Of a DNA stretch of 64,000 nucleotides, positions 1 to 14,297 are shown piece after piece; position 1 is the stretch's first letter; each line of letters begins with the position of its first letter. The stretch covers positions 317,998,001-318,062,000 of the forward strand of contig OZ024741.1 of assembly GCA_964016885.1 (NCBI GenBank), given 5' to 3'. The notes under the pieces are model-generated. The model saw only the letters and a program-made list of their open reading frames with translations, was not told where the DNA came from and searched no databases. A program made the translations under genes and the position numbers. The stretch comes from Eledone cirrhosa. Its lineage: Eukaryota.

Positions 1-88
1 AACTACAAATAAAAATGTGATTTTGATTTCAACCTCATTCATTGCTTGATTTTCCTTCCTTTTGTGCTTCTCCTAAAACTATGTACAA

Positions 89-355
89 CTTCATTGTAAT
101 GTATGTATATGTATGTATATACTTCATTGTAATGTATGTATATGTATGTATATACTTCATTGTAATGTTTGTATATGTGTGTATATACTTCATTGTAATG
201 TTTGTATATGTGTTTATATACTTCATTGTAATGTTTGTATATGTGTGTATATACTTCATTGTAATGTTTGTATATGTGTTTATATACTTCATTGTAATGT
301 TTGTATATGTGTGTATATACTTCATTGTAATGTTTGTATATGTGTGTATATACTT
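89..355. repeat. 33-bp minisatellite, about 8 copies
   Basis: Unit cttcattgtaatgtttgtatatgtgtgtatata. Confidence 0.95.
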
Positions 356-642
356 TAAATGAATATGTAAAACCATGGTTTATAAATAAATTTGTTGATG
401 TATATAATAAAAGTATGTATGTGTGCATTGGTGTTCACATATATAAATAAAGCATATACATATGTGATGTGTGTATCTGTTTGTGGGTATATATATATAT
501 ATATATATATATAATGTGTGTGTGTATAAATATATATATATAAATATATAAATATGCTATTAATGGTGACTCTGTATACAATATATGAGTCCATTTTCAG
601 TGCATGTTTAGTGTGTTTATCACACGAACCTATACAACAAGC

Positions 643-708
<66 letters not shown>

Positions 709-1044
709 TATTTTATTCTTTTACTGGTTTCAGTCATTAGACTGTGGCCATGCTAGGTCTTTCTGCCTTGTGTTCTATACATACTTGTATGTAAGTGTTC
801 AGAGTGTGCATATATATATATATATGTTATATGCATACATGTGTGTGAGTATTCAGTAGTGATTTTATATTACTCAGGCTAGTGTCAACAGATCAAAAAT
901 CTCTACAATGGTTGCAAACTTTAAACTTTTTTACTCACAGCTCCCTCTTATACAGCTTGTTTATTTCACCAGGCTAACCTGATGAAGTTTTGTTCATATA
1001 ACAAATAAGAGATATGAAAGTTGAAACAAAGCTGTTTTCTTGAA

Positions 1045-1138
1045 AAAAACCCATTTGTGATTATATATTAAAAACCATTTGTGATTATATATTAAAAACC
1101 ATTTGTGATTATATATTAAAAACCATTTGTGATTATAT
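1045..1138. repeat. 24-bp tandem repeat, 4 copies
   Basis: Unit aaaaaccatttgtgattatatatt. Confidence 0.9.
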
Positions 1139-1214
1139 TATTCTTAATAGACCAAGTGAGAATTTGTCAGCCTAAGTTATAATTTTGGATCTGAGATATT
1201 CCTTGATGGTTCAA

Positions 1215-1400
1215 CCCTTTAGCATAAATTATTGTATTTTCACATAATTATCTCACATAATATCGAATCTATGAGATTTTGATATTATTTGTTTTGAGAA
1301 CAATACCTTAACTTCAATATGGGTGGCTAATTATGGTTTATTTGAACAGAAAGAGGTGAGAGAATTCTGGCCGGAAATGGCCGATTTAAATGCTAAAGGG
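1215..1400. mobile_element. TTAA MITE family A copy
   Basis: ccctttagcat...atgctaaaggg-ttaa; internal identity to 2064-2270. Confidence 0.75.
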
Positions 1401-1673
1401 TTAAAATAGATATATTTGAAAATTAAGCTGTTCAGGCTAAGCTCAAGTAGCCTGAGTGATGGAGTCACTACTGATATGCATATATATATATATATATATA
1501 TGTATAAAATGCAATGTATATATATATATATGTGTATATAATTATATATATACGTCTAAATCCATGCTAGCGTGGAAGATAGACGTTAAACGATGATGAT
1601 GATGATGATATATATGTATATTACTCTATTACATGTTCCAGCTGACAAGCTGAGGTCATGCTGGGGTACCACC

Positions 1674-1721
<48 letters not shown>

Positions 1722-2063
1722 TCATACACATATTTGTGAGTGTGTATGTATGTATATGTTTGTGTGTGTGTATATGGATATGTTTGCGTGTGTCTGGATA
1801 CAAGTATATTTAGAATCATGTATATGTATTTTTTCGATTCTTTAATTTACAGAAATACTCACACACACATACACTTACATATATAATTTTCTTGTTCATA
1901 GTCACCAATAAAATAATATAACACACTCTATCTATAGAAGTATTGAGTACTTTCTTCTGTATGTGATGGCTTTGTTCATTCAAACATACAAATACTAAAT
2001 TTAACCCTTTTCTACAAAACCTCATGTCAAATCATGAGAATATCTAATGATATCCCTATTTAA

Positions 2064-2270
2064 CCCTTTAGCATTTACATTACTCTATATTTACTATTAT
2101 ATTTTCACAGTAAAGGTTTACCTCACATAATATTGAATCTATGAGATTTTGATATTATTTATTTTTAGAACAATACCTTAACATCAGTATGAGTGGCTGG
2201 TTAAAGCCAGTTTGAATACAAAGAGGTGAGAGAATTCTGGCCGGATACTGGCAGTTTAAATGCTAAAGGG
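2064..2270. mobile_element. TTAA-flanked (piggyBac-like) MITE, family A
   Basis: ttaa-ccctttagcattt ... aaatgctaaaggg-ttaa; homologous copies at 1215-1400 and 57354-57560. Confidence 0.8.
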
Positions 2271-2622
2271 TTAATGCTTGCCTTGGATATAGGCAGTGAA
2301 TTGGCAGAGTTTGTGCATCTGTATAATCCTTTTGATACCAACTTGGCCAAAACTACTTCTGGTTCTATGAAACAAACCATTCATTTTAAAGGGTTTTTTT
2401 TAAATATAAATTAAAACTTTCCAGCATAATTTTATAAAAAGATGTTTTGTTAAATTATGTTACAAATAACATCTTAATATTAAAATAAAAAACACTGATA
2501 AGTTTCAAAATGCACAAAGCAGACTGGTTACTATCACACCTACATGCATACGTATTTCAGACATGTAGGTCAGTTAAGGAAGAACACTGATCATTCGTTT
2601 TGTGTTGAACTGTTTCAGCTCC

Positions 2623-2660
2623 ACATTTGAAAAGAGGGTATTAACCCTGAAATATCATGT
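2623..2660 (+). ncRNA. Minimal hammerhead ribozyme candidate, U3-A8 core, very short stem III
   Basis: ACAT-TTGAAAA-G-AGGGT(ATTA)ACCCT-GAA-ATAT-C-ATGT; lies between 14-bp inverted repeats actgataagtttca/tgaaacttatcagt. Confidence 0.6.
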
Positions 2661-4615
2661 TGAAATATACTAGGTAAAACTTTGTTTTGTTTTATTTGTC
2701 ATCGTTTGCCCATTATATTTTCTACCGCATTGTACCAGTTTTATGAAACTTATCAGTCATTTATTACATATTTCACAATGCTTCGTGTTAACTATACTGT
2801 TAAAATAAACATTTTAGTAAATTCCTCCAAATTCATCATTAATTAATTTGAAATAGAATGTTTGTCATAAGAAATATGGTAACAAAAGGGTTAAATGCTT
2901 CACTCAGTATTTGTTCTCACTCTGAGTTCAAATCCTGCGGAGGTCAACTTTGCTTTTTATCCTTTCAGGGTAGATAGTGTATTAGTCCAGATAAAATAAA
3001 AAATGGAAAGACTGTTTCCTTGGTCTTACTTGACTGGCAGATAGAATCATCAATGGAATGACCAATAGAAATGTTTTCATGGTCTGATCTGACAATCACT
3101 TTTTTTTTTAAAATTTATTTTTGCTTATATTACACTGTATCTTTCTTAACATTACTATAATGAACCCAAAAAAATCTTTCATTTTTTTCATTCATTTTCC
3201 AGACACTTTTGGCATAGTTATGTGTATATATATATGTATACACATGTTATATAGATATTTAGGGGAATATAGATTTTGTACCCAGCCCACACTGTAAAGT
3301 GGTTGTGTAGGTGTCACAAGAAAAAGTGCCCAGTCCTCACTGTAAAATGGTCGTGTAGGTGTCAACATAAAGCACCCAGCACACTGTAAATGTGGTTGGT
3401 GTTACAAAGGGCATCTAGCCGTAGAAACCAAGCCCAAACCAGTCCTGTATGAGCAAGTAACAGTCATTGGACCTGACTTGTCTCACAACGGGACAACTTG
3501 TCTAACCCATGCTAGTGTAGAAAATGGATGTTAAATGGTGATGATAATGATTCTAAAGTTTTATTAAATGTGTCACAGCAACTGTTTTTAACCTATCTAA
3601 ACTAAATAGCTCTGTGAGCAGTACTTCAAACAAATGAAAGACTTTTGTGGCTAAACTGGGTGATAAAATTAACCCTTTTGTTAACATATATAATGAAAGG
3701 CACTGCATATGGTTTTCAAATCCCTTTGAATATAATCAAGAATTTGGAGTGATTTACTAATATAATGACCTTTTTCATTATTTTGTTGGTCTTTGGAACA
3801 TAAATTAAAGATTCTTATAAAATTATAATGGATGTTATTTTAGATAAATCTATAGACTTTGAAACAGACAAGTATGTATCATAGAACCAGGGGAGGTTTC
3901 AGGCAGTTTCCTATTAAAAGGGTTCAATGCATTAGGGCCAATCTATTGATTTTTATTCCAAGTAAATGGTTCTCTGATCCCTACCTCTGCCAATGGAGAG
4001 ATAGGGTGCTAAGCCTGGATATCAAAAAGATTAATTCATCTCCCAGTTTAACACCAGCCACTACATGACCTATTGGTGTCTTTAGTAGAGTCCATTCTGT
4101 TGCAAGAATTCAGGATAAAATCTCTGACAACATCAACTAGTCCTTGGGTCTGTTTAGCAGAGTCCATTCTGTTGTTGGGTGACTTAATCCATCTCCCAGT
4201 TTAACACCAGCCACCACTGGTCCTTGGGTGTTTTCTGTAGTCTCTTTTGTTGTAAACATTTAAGTCAGGTCCCTGGTTTGAGGATATCCCTCTCCCTATT
4301 TTCTCATCAGTCTAGATTGACCCTGCAAGGGGTCATGGGCAATGCCCTTCACTCCTTGATTAATCATTAAAAGTAAGTAAATAAATAAAATGAAATTAAG
4401 AATAATTAAAAATAAACATTTTTAGTTTTAGAAAACTTTGAGATTACATTTTAACATATTTAGCAGAAAATAACTAAAAACAGCTTTGTTAATTCAAATA
4501 TTAATAGTATCTATACTAGTGGACAGATCTTTCTGAAAATTGCAGTATTAACTCTTAACATCCTGAAATGATTTAGTAGAAAATATTTAAAAACAGGTTT
4601 GTTAATTCAAATCTC

Positions 4616-5680
4616 TTGTCTACTCAAGATTTGCATTGCGTACATCGTATAGAGTTTATGCCTACTCCTTTTCTACATATTGAAGAGGGCCACTTCTCTG
4701 AAGTGATCAGGATCCTATCTTCTTTTCTACTCACTAGCTCTTTAGTTTTGGCTCAGTTTACCCTCAGACCTTTTGATTCTAAATTCTGTTTCCATAGACA
4801 GCATATTTTCTAGTTCTTTTATGAATTTGGCTATAAGGACCAAATAGAGAAGTTCCCATGTACAGTCAGTTTTAAACTCCTCTGTTATGGCCTGGAGAAC
4901 TATGATGAACAGCAGTGGGCAAGGAACCGAACCTTGAACTCCTACCTGTACCTTGAATTCTTCACTAAGCTCACTTCTTACTCACACTTTACTGATAGCT
5001 CCTCTGTACATGGCTTACACTGCTTTCACAAGCCATTCTTCTACACCTAATTTTCTTAAGGACCACCAGATAGTAGAATGAAGTACTCTGTCAAAGGTCT
5101 TTTTTAGATCAACAAAAGCTAAATATAGTGGCTAGGAATTTCTCCTGTAGTTGCCTCACTAAGAAGAGGGCATCTGTAGTACATTTCCCAGGCATGAAAC
5201 CAAACTGCATCTCATCTAATTAGCTGTGCTTTCTGTCACTTTCATAACTTGATCTATTAATTTTATTCCTCTGTGGTTGCCCTTTTAGCAATTTATGATT
5301 GTACTGCTGTGCCAGTCATTGGGTATGACTCCATCCTGTATTACCTGATTGACTATGCAGGTTACTAATTCAAATCATACTTCTGATGCTTTTAGCATCT
5401 CAGCAATTACCTCTGATGGTCCTGCAACTTTACCATTCTTCATCTCTTTGATTGCTTCTTTGACCCTATATCCATCAATTTCAATAGCTGGTCCTGTTGG
5501 GTAAGTTTGGGGTAGTTTCTCTTCCTCCCATTCATTCACTGCATTCATCAATCTCTCAGTAACATTTCCAGGCCTCTTTTTGGGGGAATCAGTGGTGCTA
5601 AGTTTACCAGCATCATTTCTAACACATTTTTCTCCAACAACATCTCAATTTACACTAACACACTGCCTCTGGTCCTCGGG
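4616..5680 (-). mobile_element. Decayed RTE-clade LINE reverse-transcriptase fragment
   Basis: Reverse complement of the 29-30.5 kb element: QFGFMPGK-like and DL.K.FDRV RT motifs, with stops and frameshifts. Confidence 0.85.
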
Positions 5681-6310
5681 TTTGTTAATTCATCTTTGGG
5701 TGGTGGTTTCAAGCTGCTGGTATGTAGAAACGAATTTATGGTAGCAGGTGGGCTACTTAACACTTTGAATAGATATAGAAGCCACAACAGTGCATTTGAT
5801 AAAAAAGTTTTTTTCTTGAGATTTTAATCAGTATTATGCTTTTCAAAGTGAAGAGATTAAATTTGAAGCAGATGGGCAGACAAGTGATTTGATTGTTCTT
5901 GTCATGGCCTGAAGCCTAAAAGATTATTATTAGTAGTAGTAGCAGCAGCAACATTTAGATATTAGTGGAATAGCATTTCGGATTTGTGGCCAGTCTGACC
6001 ACAGGTCAAGCTAATGTAAAATTGCTATTATCTCAAAATTGACATGGTAATTGGTTCAATAGATTGTTGTTGTTCTGATGACAATTGTACCACTTGCATG
6101 AACCACGAAGGAGTCTGCTCGTGAAATTAACATGCAAGTGACTGAGCATTCCACAGACACAAGTTCCCTTACAGTAGTTTTCAGGAAGATTCAGCATGAT
6201 ATTGTGTAATATGGTACACCCTTTGAATTATAAGTACAATTTATTTTTGGCAGCTGAGTGAATTGGAGCAACATAAGTTCAAAAAGAATAAATAAATAAG
6301 AGTCTCTCCC

Positions 6311-6341
<31 letters not shown>

Positions 6342-7330
6342 AATCCACAAAAACATATGAACAACTCAGAGAAAGAAATATGAAAAAATTATAAATTCTT
6401 TATTCAAGTAAGTGAGGAAAAAATCAAAAAAGGTCTTTAGGAAATTTTTAAAAAATTGAAATATTTTTTAAAATGAACATCAAATCATTCATTCTCATGT
6501 ACATACCAATATATACATGTAGATATATAGACCTTACATATAGCTATATACACCTGTAAAGTTAGGTGCATATATATTATAGGTATATAGACCCGTACAC
6601 TAGGTTTATAAACCTTTACATACATACATGCAGTGTAAGTATAAATTAAAACGTGTATTGTTTGTTTTTTTAAATAGTTTTTTTTTGCTGGTTTTATTTA
6701 GCATAATATTTTAGAATTATTTTTAAATTTTAATTTTGCAAAGAGTGTCTTCGTTCTTAATATATTAATTTGAAATGTTTTTTTAATATATGAAGAAGAT
6801 GAGGCTGGGAGGTGAGCAAAAAGGGATTATTTCAAATAACAACAACCAGAACAACAACATTAAAGAAACACCATTTACTCAGAGTATGCTTAAAAGTTAA
6901 AGTCTTTCTTGAGCCAAGGAAGAGGAGGTTCATCAGGCCGGAACTTATACCCAGGGTTTCATGTGGTGTTAAGCGATTGAGAGTTATAAGACTTTCCCTC
7001 CCCTCGGGTGGTACAGCACCATCAGACAATCACAGGTTTAACCCCACATCTGCTGCTGATGCTGTTGCCGGTATGCATTAAAAACCAAAATTCAGCTGGA
7101 TGAACTGGAGCAACATAAAGTGAAGTGACTTGCTCAAGGACACAACACGTTATCCTATGTTCTGTGTGGGGAATTGATTTCACAACGTCTTATAATCATG
7201 ATCCCAACACCAGGCCACACACGTCTTCTATATGTTTTACTTTGGTTTGGTTCATAATTTTCCAGAAGCAAACTAAGCAGCTATATATGTATGTATGATG
7301 ATATATATATATATATATAATATGTATATG

Positions 7331-7398
<68 letters not shown>

Positions 7399-7533
7399 TA
7401 TATACACACACATATATATACATTCAGATATCCATATATATATACATATATATACACACACATATATATATATACATATATATATATACATATATATATA
7501 CATATATATATATATATACAAATAAACATACAT

Positions 7534-7592
<59 letters not shown>

Positions 7593-8189
7593 CATAGATG
7601 GTATATTTATCAATGATTTAAAGAAACATTTTTAAGAAGTATGTAATCGTAACCTTTCCTACTGTCTGCAATGTTTTCTAGTATTTCTAACAGTTATTTC
7701 AGTTATTATATTGCTATACAGACTGTCAATGTTACTTTTTAAGACATAATTATCATTGGTTGATGGTTAGCATTTATGAATTAATATGAATGTATGTATG
7801 TTCTTCTGGTTTTATAATTTAACAAATTTTTGCCAATAGAGAGAGAGTCGGTTTCTAACATAGATACAAGACTCTCTCATTGGAATTTACACAACATCAA
7901 CTAGGTAGATATGTCTGCATGTCTGCATGCATGCATGTGTGTGCAGGTATGGATGTTATTGCATGTATGTATGCATGTATGTATGTGTGTGTGTGTGTGT
8001 GCTTGCGTGTCTGTCGGTCTGTATGTATGTATGTGTGTATGTGTATGCCTGTTTACCTGACTGTCTGTTAGTCTGTATGTTTGTATGTATGTGTGTATGT
8101 GTATGAATGTTTGTCTGTCTATCTGTCTGTATGTGTATGTGTATGTATGTATGTATGTATGTATGTTATATTATGTATCATATCAATAG

Positions 8190-8560
8190 TGTGGTGGATT
8201 GGCAGTATCGGGAGAGCGTTGGACAATATGTTTAAATCCCACCAAGGTTAGCTTTACCTTTCATCCTTACAGGGTCGATAAGATAAAATACCAGTAATAT
8301 ATTGGTGTTGATTTAACCAACTTTTCTCTCCTCCCAAATTGTTGGCTTTGTGCCAAATCAAAAACCATTATGTACGGGGAATTGGCAGTATCGGTAGAGG
8401 GTTGGACGCCATGCTTTCCAGCATAGTTACGTCCCTTTACGGTCTGAGTTCAAATCCCGCCGAGGTTAACTTTGCCTTTCATCCTTACGGGGTCGATAAA
8501 ATAAAGTACCAGTAATGTACTGGGTAATTGCTGGCCTTGTGCCAAAAGTAGAAACAATTA
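8190..8560 (+). mobile_element. tRNA-derived SINE, two tandem copies
   Basis: gagttcaaatccc B box and aactttgcctttcatcc...gataaaataaagtaccag body. Copies also at about 13020-13340(-), 23510-23690(-), 23838-24025(-), 54290-54395, 55660-55770 and 63715-63797. Confidence 0.8.
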
Positions 8561-8857
8561 TGTATCATATCAATGTTGTTTATGCTGTTATGTTGTATTT
8601 CATTTAGTGTGTATATCTCTCTCTTTGTATATAGTAATAATAAATGTGAAAACTAAAATGCGAAGAGGGCTCGATAAAGATTATATATATACATAAAGTA
8701 CATATATAAACCTGTAGAGCAAATATTTATTGTAAGTACAGATTAAAGTTTAAGCAAAGTTTAAGCAAAGAATCGCTGCTTTCACCTTTACAATATATAT
8801 ATGGGGTAGAAACATAATTTTGGTATGCTTATACACATTTTTTCTTCTAACTTTGAT

Positions 8858-9042
8858 TTTGTACCTAATTGTGTATGGTTGACAATATATCTAATCGATT
8901 TCCACGTGCTATTAGAAATGGTGGGTAAATATTCTATGGCTGTTGATCGCGGATAGATAACTTTGTATGGTTGAATATGCTGATTGGGAGAGGAAATAAT
9001 GTATATATTTTATCAAATGATTCTATGGACATACTTTATCGT
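8858..9042. mobile_element. Diverged copy of the 50141-50538 family
   Basis: acctaattgtgtatggttgac...tgggagaggaaa...tatattttatc shared with the 50 kb element; ends at (TA)n. Confidence 0.6.
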
Positions 9043-9280
9043 ATATATATATATATATATATATATAGATAGATTGATAGATAGATGGGGAGTTACTACT
9101 TAAGACTAGTAAGACTATTATTTAGCTTAGTACTCAATACTCAAGAAAGCAGAGTGTTACTCACTTGCTGTTGAAACAGTAAGAGCTCAGCTGTAGGACA
9201 AAAAATTATTATAATGTATACCTTTATATATATATGCATATGTGACTGTGCATGTGCTTGTGAATACACCCCTCCACATG

Positions 9281-9312
<32 letters not shown>

Positions 9313-9319
9313 TGGCATG

Positions 9320-10210
9320 TGAGGGAGGGCAGTATAGGCCATGTATAAAGGAGCAACCATCAAAGTGAGAGGTGGCAATGAATGCAGTGATGAATTTGAA
9401 GTGCAGGTGGGAGTCCACCAGGGCTCAGTCCTCTGTCTACTCCTGTTTATCATTGTCCTTCAAGTTATCACCAAGGAGTTTAAAACTGGCACTCCATGGG
9501 AGCTCCTACATGCTGACGACCTAGTCCTTATAGCTGAATCTCTAGGAGAGTTAGAGGCAAAATTTCAAGCATGGAAGAAGAACCTAGAGCTGAAAGGCCT
9601 AAAAGTAAACCTAGCCAAGATGGAAGTCTTAATAAGTAGGAAAGAGGACAAGAGGGTGATGCCATCAGGGAGGTGACTGTTCAATATGTCAGAAAAGGGT
9701 GGGCAGAAATTCCAAAAGATGCACACAGTGTAATTTATGGATGCATAAGAGATGTAGTGATTGCAGGCAGGTTAACAGGAAAAGATAGACTTTGTATGTG
9801 GCAGATGCACAGGAGAAGTGAGTTCAAAGAGAACACGTGAAATGAATACCTTTAGTTTCAGGAAGACTCCATAGAAGTTTTTGACAGCTTTCACTAACTA
9901 TGTGACCAAATTAACAGTGGGGGAGAATGCTCTGAAAGGATAAGAACAGGCTGGAAGTTTAGAGAGCTATTACCTCAGCAGACAACAGAGGGCTCTTCTC
10001 TCAGAGTGAAAGGTAGAATGAATGATGTATTGGTATGGACATATGATGCATATAGAAGATAGCAGATGCATAAAAAACCCCAATGCAAAGAAACCCCAAT
10101 GACTAGGACATATGCAAGAGCAAGACCCAGGAAGGCTTGGGACAAGGTTGTGAAGATTGACCTTAAAAAACTAAACAAATGACAGCAAGGGCTGGCACTA
10201 TGTTGTGCAG
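9320..10210 (+). mobile_element. Decayed RTE-clade LINE (RT C-terminal part)
   Basis: ORF 9341-9676 VGVHQGSVL.LLLFIIVL...PWELLHADDLVL, followed by a disrupted Cys-rich segment. Confidence 0.9.
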
Positions 10211-10219
10211 TTGAAGACC

Positions 10220-11140
10220 CAACCAACAGCACATAGTAGATATCCTCATCATCGTTACACTCGCCACTTCATCCATGCCCCCTCCACTATCACTCCTTAG
10301 CTGCTGCTCTATCTAAAGTCCTTTGATACCTTCACTATTGAACTCTAGTAGCTACTCTTTCCACCTCTATGTACCTCACTCATGATCCTTCCACTACCAC
10401 CCCTTAGCTATTATCTCCATCACTACACCTCCCTTTCCCAGCACTGGTGAGTGTTACTCTTCTCCACCCTGTGCTATTGATCACACCATCCATGTCCCCT
10501 TCCACTATCTCCACTTAGGTTTTCTCATCACCACATCCCCTCCTCCCTATGTTATCAAGTCACCCCTTCCCCTTCTTCCCACATCATCCAGTCAAATCCC
10601 ACCACATTTTCCATAACTTCATATTTATATCTCTTTTCCTATCACTCCCACTCAACCCCCCACAGAGCAGAAAAGGCTCTTTGTTGAGGACAAAAATCAA
10701 CAACCGCTCTGGAATTGGTACCATGAAAATGTACCCGATACACCCCGCAACAGGAAGAGTACCCACTGTAGAATTCATGCCTAAAGGACCCTACTGTTGT
10801 GTTACGGTGCAACAACCTTTCTAGTGTTGGTGACCTAAATGATAAATGTACCCAGTACATACTGTAAAGTGGTTGGTGATAGGAAGGGCATCCAACTGTA
10901 AAAAGCTTGCCAAACAAAGGGTTGGGAAGACCTTTCAGTTTTGTCAAAGACTTGACAACCTCTTTTGTGCTGGTGCACTCGGTAGAATGTGAGACTGTAC
11001 ATAAGTGAGATGCAGATCCTTACCCCCAGCCTGTCTGGGGGATCAGTAGCTCCACTTCAGTACAGACTTGGTTTATGAAGACCTGTCCAACCCTTGCTAG
11101 CAGAGAAAGTGGATGTTGAATGATGATGATGATGATGAAA
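10220..11140 (+). repeat. Composite repeat: pyrimidine-rich block, tandem SINE-like modules and (GAT)n tail; second copy at about 15870-16915
   Basis: Shared strings ccatgccccctcca..cactccttagctgctg..gataccttcactat and ggggatcagtagc in both copies. Confidence 0.7.
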
Positions 11141-12379
11141 TGCATACATACACATACATAAATACCTCCTCATATGTATATATATATGTATATACATAAT
11201 ATATTGTGACTATATCAAAGACTTTGCAGTGAAATCTGTAAACTGGAACCTCTTCTCTTTGTTATGTTATTTACAATCTAAGAGACATCCAGGCGTATAT
11301 TCAGATTTTCTTGCTATATTGAAAAATCTTACAGAATGCTTGCATATGGTTATAATCCTGAAATGTTTATATTTATCTAAAAGTTCTCCTTCATAGTGTT
11401 ATGTAAGAACATTTGTTAAGTTATGTTCCAAACATCAGCTTAATGAGAAAGTTAGCTATTTTACAAAATTCTCCAAATTCTTGATTATCTAAAAATTTAA
11501 TTGAAGATTATAGGCAGTGTTTTCATTGCAAATATGAAAAGATTACAAAACACCCTGAAACCACTCCTGGCTCTATGATACAAAGTTGCTTGTTTTAAAG
11601 TATTTATATTTATCTGAAAACCTTCCCTCATAATTTCTGTACAAGGACCTTTGTTAAGTTCTGTTTCAAATACCAGCTTGATAATAAGAAAGTTAATTAT
11701 ATTACTAAATCTCATCAAATTCCTGATTATTTGAAAATTATAGGCAGTCACTCATGCATACCAGTCTCCCCTCTCCATGTCACCAATATTATCCAAGGGA
11801 AAGGAAACGACCGATAAAGTTTGGCACCATTGACATCACAATTCATTTTTCTAGCTGAGTGAACTAGAGCAACATGAAATAAGTACCTTGCTCAAGGGCA
11901 CAACACACTGCCCGACCTGGGAGTCAAACTCATGATTACAAGCCCAATGTTCTAACCACGATATAATCTAGAGGAGGAAAGGCTGAAAAGTTTTGGAGAA
12001 GGAGAAAAATGTAAATATCTAAATATTGATTTCAGTCATTAGATTGGGGCCATGCTGGGGCACCATCTTTAAGAGATTTAAACAACCATATCAGTCACAG
12101 TATTTATTTTTTCACGTCTAGTACTTATTTTATCGATCTCATATTTTTCAAACTGCTAGGTTAAAATTTTCTATTAAAATTTCTCTCTTCTTCCGGAAGG
12201 GACAAACAGACAGTTAGTGATAAACAAAAAGATGTAATAATATTCTTCTTGTTATAAGAGTACTGAAGCTCAGTCAATGCTTGTAAAAATGTAGAGTTAT
12301 TCACATTTATATTTGTTGCTATTTTGTTGTGTTGTCAAAGCAATAATCAACTCCTACATATATATGTGTGTGTGTGTGA

Positions 12380-12540
12380 GTCCTGGGTTCAATCAGGGGT
12401 AACCACAGTCAATACATTAGTAGAGTGTAAACAAAAAATTGAATATAGAAATAGCTTCTACGGGATTAGACCTGATGATTTCCTTCGAATGAAACACTTC
12501 TAGTCCTGCAGAAGCTATTTCTATATTAAATTTGTTATAT
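12380..12540. mobile_element. Same Penelope-like fold-back family, degenerate HHR
   Basis: CTGATGA-TTTC(CTTC)GAAT-GAAAC core inside about 35-bp inverted arms; the left flank is the reverse complement of about 22905-22965. Confidence 0.65.
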
Positions 12541-12653
12541 ATATATAAGGCATTTAGACTAGTAAGACATATATATATATACACATATATATCTATATAC
12601 ATTTATGTATATACATATGTATGTGTGTGAGGGAACATTGACGTTAATGTTGA

Positions 12654-12687
<34 letters not shown>

Positions 12688-14044
12688 ACTTTGTGCTGTG
12701 ATGTGTTTTGATGTGTGTGTGTGCCTAGATTAATATGAAAATATTTGTAGATTTTATTAACTATATATTTTTATATCCAGAGAAAAGTATTCTGGGATTA
12801 GTATTTAAAATCCATTGACACCAGTACTGCTTGAAAACAACATCAGCCAACAAATCCATATGTGAATATATTTTTGTATTATATTAGTGGAAATATGGAA
12901 ATGTTAGAGTTATTGACTAAATATAAATATTAAATTGGGTTGTGATTTGTGATGAGACCAGAATTTATGTGGTGTCCCGTCTGTGGTAAAAGTAAGCTAG
13001 TGATAGTATAGATTATAATAATTGTTTCTACTTTAGGCACAAGGCCAGCAATTACCCAGTACATTACTGGTACTTTATTTTATCGACCCTGTAAGGATGA
13101 AAGACAAAGTTAACCTCGGCGGGATTTGAACTCAGACTATAAAGGGACGTAACTATGCTAGAAAGCATGGCGTCCAACCCTCTACCGATACTGCCAATTC
13201 ACCACCCATAGTATAGATTATAATAATTGTTTCTACTTTAGGCACAAGGCCAGCAATTACCCAGTGCATTACTGGTACTTTATTTTATCGACCCCGTAAG
13301 GATGAAAGGCAAAGTCAACCTCTCATCCTTACGGGGTCGTAATAGTATAGATTATAATAATGGTGCTAGTATACTAAGGGAGATAACTAGTGATAGAAAG
13401 GTTCTTTAGTAGATAAGGATGATACGGAAAAACTAGCTATACTTGCAAGGCCTTATTAATCATAAGGTGGACTATATTAAAGCCTAGAGTCCACTCAAGG
13501 ACTAGAAGCTGTACAAGGGAACCCTGTAGGCACTATGGAGCTCCGCAGAGACCAGGAACAAGGGGTTGCGCAGAGACTAGGGACTAGGCGCCACACAGAG
13601 ACTAGGAGCTCTGCAGAGACAAGGAACCCTGTAGGGACAAGGAGTCCAGCAGGTACTAGGGGCCTTGAAAAGACAAGGAGACTTACAGGAGCTAGGGACC
13701 CTGCAGTGGCTAGGAGCTCTGCAAGGACTAAATGATTAAAGTTCCAGAGTGGGTCCGACATACCAGAAAGAGGTAGCTTAATACAGTGCAGAATATGGGA
13801 CTGATTGATAAATTGGGAGAAAGTGTAGGAAAAAAAACAAACAAAACATATATAAGCCGAGAATTATTTATAATTGTAAGATAATATATAACTACTCAGA
13901 CTACTTGAGAGCTGTTTAAAATCTGTGGTAAAGGGAGATAACTAGGGATATATTATTGGTGAAGGCAGTGAGATTAAAATGATATATAACTATGAAAGTT
14001 ATTTGATTTAGTATATTCTAAGACTTGCTGGGATCTAGTTAGTT

Positions 14045-14297
14045 GTTGTTGTTGTTGTTGAGTGAAGTGCTGTTTTTGGTGAGTGAAGTGTTATTGTTGA
14101 GGGCAGTGTTATTGTTGGAGTAAAGTGTTGTTGAGTGAAGTGTTGTTGCTGAGTGGGGTGTTATTGTTGAGTGAAGTGTTGTTGTTGAGTGAAGCATTGT
14201 TGTTATTCAGTGAACTGTTGTTGCTGAGTGAAGTGTTATTGTTGTTGAGTGAAGTGGTATTGTTGAGTGAAGTGTTGTTGTTGTTGAGTGAAGTGTT
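14045..14297. repeat. 18/21-bp degenerate tandem repeat
   Basis: Unit (ttg)n-agtgaagtg. Confidence 0.85.

Noticed and set aside
9341-9676. 111-aa ORF as a host gene
   Set aside because: RT fragment of a decayed RTE LINE (HADD in place of YADD; flanking stops and frameshifts).
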